47,817 bases of DNA from Octopus sinensis (lineage: Eukaryota): the NCBI RefSeq assembly GCF_006345805.1, contig NW_021834498.1, forward strand, positions 1 to 47,817. Reading direction: 5' to 3'. The position numbers and the translations under genes are program-made. Below the pieces are notes generated by a model. It saw only the letters and a program-made list of their open reading frames with translations, did no database searches and had not been told where the DNA came from. Within the stretch, counting starts at the first letter, position 1. Each line of letters starts with the position of its first letter. Of this stretch, positions 1-12,503 are shown in pieces.

Positions 1-516
1 GTGCATGTCCGTGTGGGATGTGGGGGGTGTAGAAATATACATATATCATATAATGTCAATAACATTGTCCCTAAATGATTTGCTGAATTGAATTAACAAT
101 ATTTCACCCCAAAATTTGTGCGGTTTCAAGATTTCAAACTATTTCAAAATCTTTCGATTTCTCAGAGAGTTCAGCAAACCAGCGAATTTTGCAGACCATT
201 TTCACGAATCTGACAGCGGCTAATTGTCTCTCTAGAAATTCATTTATAAATATTTGCTCGCAATTTATAACTTACAAGAACCTATTTACAGGGGACTAAC
301 GCACATCTTAATATACCTACCTTAAGTACTGACTTTTTTACTTTTTCGGTTTAATCGGAATTTCATAAAGCTGTATATATTTGTATTTTATTGCCCTGAA
401 ATTGGGATTGGTTTTATTTATCACAACATCTTCTTCAGAATTTCACTGAAAATACTTTCATTTTCGTTTTATACGTTTGTCCTATTCGCTATTCATAATA
501 TAGAATACATACACCT

Positions 517-547
<31 letters not shown>

Positions 548-786
548 ACGTAGTTCATATTATCAAATCAATGTATATGTACACGCACACATACATACAC
601 ATACAAATAAGTCTGTGTGTCAGTGTGTTATTCAAATTATATAAAATAATGCATAGAATATTTAATATCGAAAATCAATGACGATAGTAGTCGGCATCGA
701 CTATACTTAGTTTTTAGAATCATCATTGTTATTGTTATTATTGTTGTTGTTATTTTTTTCTTCTTCTTTATCATCTTTTCTATCAA

Positions 787-844
<58 letters not shown>

Positions 845-1210
845 GAGTGAGGGAGCAGTGCATGTCAGCAATGTGACACCGGGGTAGAATATATGAAGCA
901 CAGTATAAACATCGTGGCTACTCGTCTGATAAGGGTACACCAGGCGCATGCATCACAACCATACGTGCGAGACATGGTGATCTTATATCAAGATAAACAA
1001 AAGCATGACCTAGTAGGTGGGGCCCAGTTAGAATTTTCTTCGTGTCGTGTAGTCCAACCCGCTCAAAAGGTCCTTGAAAAATGTTTGTTTAACGATGTTG
1101 AACGAAACACCCATGATTCAGAGGTGAATTATTCAAACCCCAACGAATTCCTGTCAACAAATGGCTATGATACTCCTCTATTAATTCTGCTCATGAGCAG
1201 AGATGCATAT
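845..1210 (-). repeat. Dispersed retroposon-like repeat embedded in (AAT)n
   Basis: 870-970 is the reverse complement of 17846-17943. Both copies end in (AAT)n on the element's 3' side. Confidence 0.65.
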
Positions 1211-1237
1211 ATTTTTAAAATAATAATAATAATAATA

Positions 1238-1331
<94 letters not shown>

Positions 1332-1746
1332 TATTATTGTGTTTTCCTTCAATTATCATCCCATTTCTTGCTTCGTGCCTTACCGACACTCAGGGCATAC
1401 TAACTCACATTATGAATTGATACGGCATTAAGATGAAATTCCGGGTTCTTTATTTACAGAATCAAATAAAGTTACGTAAAAAAAAAGCAATAACCATTTT
1501 TTAGAAAGAATAACAGTATTTATATAAATGCCATTAATACTGCAGTTCTTATTATAATAACCATTATTTTGTTCATAATATTTACAAGCATGTAGGAGAA
1601 TGTCTCAGTCACGCACCCTACAATTTTACAGCGTTTTAGCAATCGTAGTTTTTCATCGGATTGTATGTAGATTCATGGCTGATTAACTTAAGCGTAAAAT
1701 GTTTTCCAGATCGAGAAGAGTTTCATGTCGATATCCTTCAGAAGAA

Positions 1747-1841
1747 CATTTGCAGAGTAGATTCACATAGGACTGGGATCATGAAAGTGAAACACGCAAA
1801 AAAGGTGGAAATAAAATATATGCATACGTATGTGTGAAATA

Positions 1842-1912
<71 letters not shown>

Positions 1913-2287
1913 CTATGTTGTGTCTGGGGAGAGTCATTCTCTTTTAGTGCCTTATTATTTAACACACTCACCGGTAAATTTTCCACTTATTTCTGATAAG
2001 GGTCAAGACTATGGAAAGGTTGCAAGACGCAACGAATATTTTAGAAAATAAAAATAAAAAATAAGTGGAAATTTTACCGGCGTGTGTGTTGAATAATAAG
2101 GCACTAAAAGAGAATGACTCTCCCCAGACAGAATAAAATAAGCTTCAACACACGAACTCATATAAAGAATCTTGCAAACCAAATCCAAAAACGAAATATA
2201 TACATACTAGTTATATATGTATATTTAATATATATGCATTACATATATTGCATATAATATGTATATATCTATCTATCTGTCTATCTA

Positions 2288-2366
<79 letters not shown>

Positions 2367-2457
2367 CACACATACGTATGCATATATTTTATTTACACAC
2401 ATATTTGCGTGTTTCAATTTCATGACCCCAGTCCTATGTGAATCTACTCTGCAAATG
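1747..2457. repeat. Nested inverted repeats interleaved with (TA)n
   Basis: Outer arms 1747-1841 / 2362-2457, inner arms 1921-1992 / 2059-2130. Confidence 0.9.
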
Positions 2458-2967
2458 CCTATAAATACATGATCAATAACTCTGTTCTCAAATGAGCCAT
2501 GATGCCATATAACTTGACTTTAAAAAGATTTAACAAATCCGACCAAGTGGTGCTATTAAGTTAGATATAGCTTGGGCCAACCTTTGGTCGAAACATGCCT
2601 AAGTTTATCGAAGTTTATATTTAGAGATAAAAACATACATACCTATACACACACATTTACATTTTCATATATAATATTTATAATATTTATAAAATATATA
2701 TGTATATATTTATATACTTATATATTTGTATAAATGTAAATATACACACATATGTATATATAGTTGTATCTCCATATATATATATATATATATATATATT
2801 GAGATTTTATAACAGGTGTGCCTAAACGAAATCGCGAAATCTTACTCTGTATATATTATATATACATATATATATATGTATATATATATATAATTGTATT
2901 AAAGCGTGCACAATCAAAAACACACGCATACACACTCACGCGCGCGGACACACACACACATATATAT

Positions 2968-3007
<40 letters not shown>

Positions 3008-3117
3008 ATTCTGTGCTTGTGTTTGAGTGTTAGCGTGTAAAATATTCATACATACATACATACACACATATATATATATACTTAATTATACGCATATATT
3101 ATACATACATACGTAAA

Positions 3118-3375
3118 AATCTTAATAAACCAACAATAAAAGATACAGACAACCCTATAGAAACACAAAGAACCTCCTCCAAAATATAACGCCCCACACA
3201 AAAACCTTATAAATAAAATATCACCCCATTCAGACATAAGCAACAATGCAAACTCTACCGAGCCATATTCAATATTAAATCCAGAAAGTAACTCTGACCC
3301 CCACCCCTCATCAAAATCGAATGAAGCTCGATAAGTTTCCGCAATTATAGATATTATCAATATTAAAATATTAAC
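3118..3375 (-). pseudogene. ND1: Nuclear mitochondrial insertion (NUMT) of NADH dehydrogenase subunit 1
   Basis: Minus-strand translation AETYRASFDFDEGWGSELLSGFNIEYGSVEFALLLMSEWGDILF matches the ND1 signature AETNRxPFDxxEGESELVSGFNxEY. It is an isolated fragment with substitutions in normally invariant residues. Boundaries approximate. Confidence 0.9.
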
Positions 3376-3629
3376 AAAATATATGTTGATGCGTGCATAC
3401 CTAAAGTAATAGATAGACTGTCAGCAAAAGAGAGACACACAGACATAGACAAAGAAATTATCTGATCAATGAATGAATGTATGGAAAGATAAACAGGTAG
3501 AAAAGGCATACATACTTGCATCTTATGCGACTTCTTCGTGGCCGGTTTATTACAAGTGTTCGTATTTGAAAGAAGATAACGAAAATTTGAAGAAAAGTTA
3601 CACTAATCTCATGTCTACGCCCATCACTA

Positions 3630-4082
3630 CCACTACCTCCTGCACCACCACAGTCACCAGCAAATAAGGTCAATAATAACAAGAAGAAGATTATGAACAC
3701 ATTTTACATGTTCTTCGTTTTGATAGTTTTCTTTTTTTTTCAGTATTCTTTTCTCCAATTGAATACGAAAGAAAATGAAGGGAAGATCAAAGAGAGAATT
3801 TCGCTTGAATTAACACTAAGCAACGCACAGACAATAAGAAATTTAGCAATGGATGTCAAGCGAGGAGTAGGTCACTAAGTCACCTGGTCAGTCTGGACAA
3901 TCTACAGTATTTCGATATCTACAATTGTCCTAGCGTAAATTACAGAGCGGCCATATTTCGCCGGAGGGATGGTTTCCTTTAAAAGCATCGGCGGGTGGTG
4001 TGAGACTATTTCTGTTACTGATCCAAATTTACCGACTTCACACAAAATTATTTACCGACACAGAAAACTCGTCAATTTCACT
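3630..4082 (+). repeat. About 450-bp dispersed repeat, copy 1 (inverted relative to 11237-11681)
   Basis: Long near-identical blocks such as AATTTAGCAATGGATGTCAAGCGAGGAGTAGGTCACTAAGTCACCTGGTCAGTCTGGACAAT are reverse-complemented in copy 2. Strand label arbitrary. Confidence 0.9.
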
Positions 4083-5086
4083 ATATTTGATATTATTATT
4101 ATTTTTTATTATTATCATTATTATTATATTATTATTATTATTATTATTATTATATTATTTTATATTATTATTATTATTATTATTATTATCATCATCATTA
4201 TTATCATTATTATACGACACACACACACACACATCATATGTATTATACATATGTAATCTATACATATATATATATAATATATAATATATATTATATATAT
4301 ATATATATTATATATATATATATATACATATGTATAAATACATATGTATGTGTGTGTGTAAATTAGTATATTCTACATATATATATAGCACATTTATATA
4401 TATATGCATGTCTGAATTTGTGAGCAGGATCTAAGAAAATTCATTTAAGCTAACTAAATTTTTAGGAAACTTTAAGGTCTATTCAGCAATTTTCAAATTT
4501 ATGAAAACCTGAATTTTGAAACGAATAAAACTATAAATTTCACGTTTCGTAATTATTTTACGTAATATTTCACGTTTTGTAATTAATGCAGCACTTCCGC
4601 TCCGTTTCTGTCCACCGTCGACATCTACCGTCACTTAATGTTTTCATACTATTGATTATTGTATTTTGCAAAGAATGAGATGTTGCCCAGGAGTCATGAA
4701 GCAAACGTGTCTTTGGTAAGTTTAAAAGCTGCGAAACATTGTGGAATACTTTGTGAAAGCTTTGCATAAATTACAGTATCCCAATGGATGGTGTTTTTGT
4801 TTCTTACCAAATCTTCTCGTGTATACTATATATATATGACACAGAGATATGACACAGAGATATACTCTGTATTTTAGTAATTTAACTTACAAAACAGAAA
4901 GCTTTGGTGAATCGTAAATCTCTGTGGCAGCACATTCTACTCTCTTGAAATCTAGGAAAATATCCTGAAAATTTTACTCCGAGATAATATCATTGCCTGA
5001 TACAAAACATCGTTTGGTTACAGCTAGGATACCTGTGGAAATACGTCTTTGCAATTAGATAAACAGATTTATCATGAGTAGATATA

Positions 5087-5759
5087 CTAAGGGAAGTCAA
5101 AAACTATCCGCACTTTTGCCATAATATATCTTTATTATTGTCACACTGCCTTCTGCGCCTGCGTGCTTATAGTTGATACTGTTGTGGTCACGTGATCGAA
5201 GTTTTGAGCCTGATCGCGACATTTTTCTTTCTGACTTTAGAGTGTAAGCATGGCATGGCCGCTCCACTAGTAATGTACAACAAAGAATAGCAAAAAGCAG
5301 TGATCCGAGAAATGGTAATGGTGAACCGGTTCACCATTACCATCCTTCGAGCTTGCTAAATCTTCTCATCAGTGGTGGAGGTTAATGGGCGTCCAGCTCC
5401 CTCTTCATGCATCACATTTGTCCGGTCACATTTAAACTTTTTGATCCCCTCATACACACTTCTAAGCGGTTGTGCACTTCCCCGTATTGGGCTAAAAGTC
5501 TCCGATGAAATTTAGCACCCGACTCAACTTCCGACCAGAGAAATCGGATCCCTGCCCTTTGTTCTTCTTTGGTACACATTGCTAGTGGTATAGCCATGCT
5601 TACACTGTAAAGCCAGGAAGGAAAATGGCGCGATCAGGCTCACATTTTGATCACATGAGCACAAAACTATAACTATAAGTACGTATGTGCAGGAGGCCGT
5701 GTGACATTAATAAAGACATGTTATGGCGAATGTGCAGATAATTTTTTACTTCACCTCGA
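5087..5759. mobile_element. Non-autonomous mariner foldback built from two inward-facing 5' ends
   Basis: 5087-5308 is the diverged reverse complement of about 5544-5759. The minus-strand ORF 5412-5597 (EEQRAGIRFLWSE...HRRLLAQYGE) is a mariner N-terminal HTH region. TA dinucleotides lie at or near both ends. Confidence 0.8.
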
Positions 5760-5979
5760 ATACGAACAAAAGCTAAATCCATTTTCTACTTTAGACAGAT
5801 TTTGACGCCAATGCTTATGTGGAATATACAGATAAGAATAAGTACGCACAAAAAAATTATGGAGGAAACAGATTTGTAGATAAAAATATACAAAAGTAAA
5901 TATGTACATTGACGCAGGCATCCCAGCAACATATTTCTGCGCTCAACCCCATTTCGTTGTAGCATGAGCAAGTGTACAC

Positions 5980-6580
5980 TAAAGCCTTACGAGTGGCTTT
6001 GGTAGACAGAAACTGAAAGAAACCTGTCTGAAACTCCACACGTGCTGTTGGTGATTTGGACATTTACTTTTCCATTTTCCTTTCCGACAAAGAGCTATGC
6101 TCAAAACGTCAAAAACTCCCTCTTTTTACTGAGCCAAAAGCTAATACATTCCGGAACCATGTAGTTGGTAAGCAAGCTACTTACCACGCAGCCACTGCTA
6201 AATATATATATATATATATATATATTTATACGTATCTATCTATCTATATATATAAACATATATATAGATATAGATGAATGTATGTATGCATATGTGCGTG
6301 TATGCGTGCGTATGTATATATGTATGTGTGTGTGGTGTGTGTGTCTCTCTCTCTCTCTCAGTCTGCTTGCTTATTCCCCACCACCTGATAAACGGTGTTG
6401 CTGTATTTACATTCCCGAATCTAAGCGGTTCTCTAAAAGGAAAGACCGCTGGAATAAATGCGAGGTTTTAAAATAAAATAAGAAATACTTGGGTCAATTC
6501 GTTCGACAAAAACTTTTCAAGGCCGTGCCCCTGCATGGCCGCAGTCTAATGAGCGAAACAAGCGAGAAAGAAATAAAAGT
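5980..6580. mobile_element. SINE family A fragments in both orientations
   Basis: 5980-6030 is the + strand AAAGCCTT...GAAACTGAAAGAA segment. 6150-6200 is the reverse-complement head (GGTAAGCAAGCTACTTACCAC). 6330-6580 is the + strand tail (CATGGCCGCAGTC...GAAACA). Confidence 0.6.
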
Positions 6581-7421
6581 TAAGGGGATAAACATGTATA
6601 AAATCAATATGCAGACAACGGATCTATAGGAAACAATTATATAGATAATTAATATGCAGATACTAATTATATAATTAAGAATTATTTATGTAATTCATAC
6701 ATGGATAGCAAATATGCAAATAACATAAATACAATATATAGAGGATAACTATGTATGCAATGATACGTATGTAATAGATATGTAAGTAATAACTATATAG
6801 ACTTTGAATGCATAAAGAAGTACATTTCTAATAAATAATTAGATATACATACATTTAATGGATGATAAATATGTAGATATTAAATATACAGAAAATAATA
6901 TCATCAAGGAATTATGTATGAAATAAATATAATTATGGTAGGAATGCAGATAAATATTTTGATCATATATAGGTAGGCTATATATATATATATATGAAGA
7001 TGATATATTTACACCTTGGAAATTTGATAATATATTTGTGGGTGGGTGTTGCGAGAGAGTGTGTTGTGTTATGTGTGTGTGTAACAAATATGTAGGTAAT
7101 AGGTATATTGATAATACATAAGTGGATATTAGATATATAGAAAATAATATACAATATACGTACAGAATTAATATATACGTATAACAATTATGCAGATTAT
7201 AAACCTAAAGGATATAAATGTTTATGTAATGTGTATATAAATATTACTGATAATGTATATGTATATCATAAATACCTAGATAGTAAATAAGCAGGTAAGA
7301 TCCCATAGATAATATATATATACATACATACATATATATATATATTATATATATAATATATATATATATATATACATATATATGATAGATAGTTTGACGT
7401 AAATGAGATATAGACATGTTT

Positions 7422-7488
<67 letters not shown>

Positions 7489-7505
7489 GATAGATATACA
7501 CATGT

Positions 7506-7556
<51 letters not shown>

Positions 7557-7610
7557 CGGAGATGTACTTGCATAGCGAGTGACTGATCTGAGATCGTGTG
7601 ATGAAGCGAA

Positions 7611-7863
7611 AACAATTGCAGCGTGGAAGGTGTTTATATGCCATTTAGGAAACACACAAAACCGTTAGATTCACTTCAAATTTAAATTTAATTTGTCAAA
7701 ATATTTGCGTCGATTTCAGACCGTGACGAAGTTTTGTCAGGAACAGGTCGCGATCTCAAAGGGCCAAAAATATTTTGACAAATTAAATTTAAATGTTGAA
7801 GTGAATCTAACGGTTTTTGTGTTTCTTAAATTGCCTATAAACACCTTCCACGCTGCAATTGTT
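7611..7863. repeat. Palindromic (inverted duplication) element within TA arrays
   Basis: Arms 7611-7727 and 7747-7863 are diverged reverse complements (AACAATTGCAGCGTGGAAGGTGTTTATA...). Confidence 0.9.
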
Positions 7864-7989
7864 AATATATATACATATATATATATATATATATTATATA
7901 TATTATAATATATATATTTATATTTATATTTTATATATATATACACCACTCATAACATATAATATATATATATAATATATGTATTTATA

Positions 7990-8032
<43 letters not shown>

Positions 8033-9071
8033 ATATATATAAAATATATATGTGATTCATATAACATATATTTATATATATATATATATATGTGTGTATG
8101 TATGTATATAATATATATTATATATACGTGCAATATATATATATATAAATTCTAAAAATGTTAACAATATATTTTCAGATAATGTATGTGAAGATATTAA
8201 ATATGTAGATAATATACATACAGGTGAACAGTTACCCATAGCAAATATGCAGATATAAACATGATGAAAATATATAGATGTTTTCCGTATAGATAATAAT
8301 TATATCGATAACACAGATGTGAATTTTTAAAAATTGATAAATATATACAAATTAAATATGTGGATAATAAAATTGTCTAAAATAGATATTTAGTTTATAT
8401 GAAGGGCCTGCCGTCGGAAACTACGTGTGAGTGTTTCCGTAATGAGTTTGGAAACAAGTTCAAGAAACTCGAAGCGATAAGAAGACGTCAACATTCAAAC
8501 AAATGACCCATTGAACTAAGAAATTACAAGATACGAAGGCACCGACACAAATATTCAAGAACACAAGAAAGGCACTCACTGATAAAAATTCTATAATTTT
8601 TAGTTATTTTGTTTTCGATATTTATAATTTTATTCAATTTGATGGCTATTTTTTTTCCCCATTGTCAAAATATTTGGATCTATACTAAGGTGTTTTTGAC
8701 ATAGAATTTGAAAATGACATTCATTTCTATGATCATGTGAAGGTTTTAAGATAGAGATTCCTGAGAATTTCATTGTTGTTTTGGCGTAAGAGAAACCAGG
8801 TATAACATACAAACGTACGTAGGACTTATTTCTTTTTCCTTAGAAACCAAAATGTTTTCTTAAAATTCTACTGAAATTAGCAAACTTGTGAAAGTTTCTG
8901 CAAACAAATTAAGTGCGTGATTTTCCATGAATTTATGTTTCCTCAGAAAGATCCGAAACCAACTCTTAACAATGGACCACCATCACATCCAAGTTTCAAT
9001 CGTCTTGTTCCGTTGATGTTATGCTCTGATGGAAATATATGTATGTGTGTGTGTGCATGTCTGTGTCAGTG

Positions 9072-9125
<54 letters not shown>

Positions 9126-9344
9126 TGTGTGTGTGTGTTTGTGTGCGTGTGTGTATGTGTGTGTGTGTGTGCGTGAGTTTGTGTGTCTGTGTTTATCTCC
9201 CTAACATCGCTTGACAAACGATGTTGATGTGTCTATGTCCCCGTCACTTTGAAGCCAGAAAAGAAATGCTGTACTACTTGGCAGCAGCAGAACCTCCAAT
9301 ACGAACATTTCAGAGTGTTTGGGTGATAATCCGAGGACAGTGCA

Positions 9345-9972
9345 ATCTGAGGACATGTCCCGAGAATGATAAAAATCAAACATCCAGTCAACATCATGGT
9401 GTTTGGAGTGATCACTAGTGATGGCGAAATTATATCACAATTCATCTTCCCATACGGCTTCAGACTCAGCACGGAGACCTATATCAAGTGTCTGGAGGAG
9501 GTAGTGCTGCCCTGGGTCAAGAAGGTGAAGCTGGAAGACACTATGTCTGGCAACAAAACTCTGCACCATGCCACACAAGCAGGAGAACCTAGCCAGGGCT
9601 GTTAGGCAATTTCTGCGACCACATCACCCCTAACATCTGGCCATGTAACTCCCCAGACTAAAACCACTTGTTTATTATGTGAGGGGCACACTTGACAGAG
9701 AGACCAGTAAAACTCCTGTAACACTGAAGATGAACGGAAGGTAAGGATTATGGCAGCATTTACCAACTTAAACAAGGAGAAAGTCCAGAAGAGTTGCGGG
9801 AGATTCCGAAGTCAAATGGAGGACCTGGTTGAAGCAAATGTCGATTTTATTGAACAAATTTACTCTTTAGGATTTCAAGATATTTTTATGTAATCTTGGT
9901 AAATAAATTGACATGTCAGTGTTATTTTCATTTTTGCGTAATTTAGATGATAATGTATTCACTGCATCCTCT
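9345..9972 (+). mobile_element. 3' part of a Tc1/mariner-superfamily (DD37D/maT-like) transposon relic
   Basis: KHPVNIMVFGVITSDG...YIKCLEEVVLPW, a shifted WQQ.SAPCHT and WPCNSPD.NP. Homologous to 34975-35449 including the terminal segment. Confidence 0.8.
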
Positions 9973-10091
9973 GCATGTGTGTGTGTGCATATATTTACGC
10001 TTCGAGCCTTCACTCTACAATAGAAGGAAACATCGAGAAAATGAATAGAGAATAAAAAATCGTTTGGAGTTAGCGGTCAATCATGACGATG

Positions 10092-10122
<31 letters not shown>

Positions 10123-10306
10123 TATATGATGTGTGTGTGTGTATATATATATATATATACACCATACACGCACGCATACAATATGCATACATAATACATA
10201 CATACATATACATATACATATATATAATATATATATATATATATATCTACATACATATATATAAATGCATATATATGTATGTATGTATGCATGTATGTAT
10301 ATGTCA

Positions 10307-10858
10307 GGTCACTTTAGAGTGCTACTGGTAACATGTAACCCAGTACAACCTGTTGCATGGTCCGTTCGTCGGCGACTAAACCGGCAAGCCCACCAAGCTT
10401 GCTTGGTGAGGAGGGTGTTTATTGGACACACTGCGAGATGAAAAACAAAACCCGTCAAAGGGCGGAGGAACTCTTGAGAGTCAACGGCCATCCAATAAAT
10501 GTCTTAAGGCTGTATCATGCGCGGGGACATAGAAATAATCGGACTGAATACCCGATTGCGCGGTTAAACCATTGGGAGTGAAGGACTCCTAGCCTTTGTT
10601 AGGGCATCCTTCTAGGAGAAGGTAAATCAGGAAACTGGGATAACTCCGACATAAAACCTGCGGCTCAGTGGTTACCGATGATGTTGACTTATTCTTCTTT
10701 TCGGATTATGACTGCTGTTGCTTAGTGAGTGGGATTGACTCTGTGCACAGCCTTTCTTCACTTTAAAAAAAAATCTTCTTGCACAGGCATTGCACGATAA
10801 CAACATTGATTAAGCTTCGTGCAATGGCCATACTCGATAACGAGGGGGCAGCCACCAT
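10307..10858 (+). mobile_element. Non-autonomous element with RTE-type 5' UTR motif
   Basis: GC-richer island between microsatellites containing GGGCATCCTTCTAGGAGAAGGTAA...TAAAACC, similar to the conserved CTAGGAGAAGG motif of RTE 5' UTRs. No coding capacity. Confidence 0.5.
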
Positions 10859-11142
10859 ATATGTATGTATATATAATATATATTAAATTCCCAAATTATG
10901 GTGGTGCACCAGCATGACTGCAAGCGCATGACCTAAGCGAATAGAGGAATGAAAGAATAATACACATATATACATATTTAGATATGTGTTTGTTAAAACA
11001 CACTAACATAAACACACCTGAACATACATAAAGACATACACGAATATAAATATATATATATATACACCATACACGCACGCATACATATATGCATACATAC
11101 ATACATATATGCATACATACATACATACATACATATACATAT

Positions 11143-11200
<58 letters not shown>

Positions 11201-11236
11201 ATGTATGTACATGAAAAGAATAGAAATGAAATGCGC

Positions 11237-11681
11237 AGTGTAACTGACAGGTTTTCTGTGTCGGTAAATAATTTTGTTTGAAGTCGGTAAATTCGGATCA
11301 GCAACCGAAATAGTCTCACACCACCCACCGATGCTTTTAAAGGAAACCACCCTTCCGGCGAAATATGGCCGCTCTGTAATTTAGACTAGGACAATTGTAG
11401 ATATCGAAATTCTGTTGATTGTCCAGACTGACCAGGTGACTTAGTGACCTACTCCTCGCTTGACATCCATTGCTAAATTTCTTTTTCTCTGTTGTTTTGT
11501 GTTAATTCAGGCGAAATTTTCTCTTTGATCTCGATTTCTTTCGCGTTTAATTGGGGAAATGAAAGTTGAAAAGCGAAAAAGAAACTATCAAAATGAAGAA
11601 CATGTAAAATGTGTTCATAATCTTCTTCTTGTTATTATTGACTTTATTTGCTTGTGACTGTGGTAGTGGAAGTGGCTGTGG
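11237..11681 (-). repeat. About 450-bp dispersed repeat, copy 2
   Basis: Reverse complement of 3630-4082. Confidence 0.9.
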
Positions 11682-11899
11682 AAACTTTTTATGTAAATCT
11701 GTTCTCCTTTCCTTTCCATTTCTTAAACGTGAATATACAAAGAAAATATTGTATTATTAATAATTGAAAAGGAACAACTATCTGGAAGATATTGTGAAGT
11801 GCATATGCATATAAGTATATATATACTCAAATACATACATATATGCATTCATGGATGCGCGCGTGCGCAAGTGTGTGTGTGACGTGTGCGTCTGCGCGC

Positions 11900-12120
11900 A
11901 CGCGTGTGGTTTAATGGTAAAGGCTTTGCACTCATGATCGTAAGGTTGTTCGTTTGATTCCTAGACGAGACGTTGTGATGTGTTAGTGATAAAAATTTCT
12001 TCATTTCACGTTACCCCATTCCATTGCGGCGGAAAAAGGAGTAAATCTGCGTCTGGTCCGGCGGAGAAACATATATGCCACAAAATCTGGGAAATCGACC
12101 CTATTTGCCTATGGCTCATG
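11900..12120 (+). mobile_element. Degenerate tRNA-headed SINE
   Basis: TGGTTTAATGG...GTTTGATTCC...CGTTGTGA resembles the head of 42153-42525. Confidence 0.5.
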
Positions 12121-12240
12121 AATACCTTATATTCATATATATATATACATATATATACAAATGCATATATATATATATATGTACATATATTATATATATA
12201 AGTATTTCATTTAAGTATGTTTCTCTATTTTCTAATTTTG

Positions 12241-12282
<42 letters not shown>

Positions 12283-12452
12283 TATTATATATATATATAT
12301 ATATATGTATATGTATATATTATATATATATGGCGGTGCCCCGGCATGGCCACAGCTTGTGAGCTGAAATAAATAAAAAAAATATATATATATTACATAA
12401 AAGTGTGTGTGTATAGTATATATATATATAATATATATACTATATATATATG

Positions 12453-12503
<51 letters not shown>

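Noticed and set aside
2540-2605. Hammerhead-like GACCAA/TTGGTC-GAAACATGCC
   Set aside because: The 5' core box is missing and the cleavage triplet is not NUH.
10325-10420. Twister ribozyme (AAGCCC...GAGGAGGG resemblance)
   Set aside because: The required GGUNCCAAGCCC loop/P4 context is absent.
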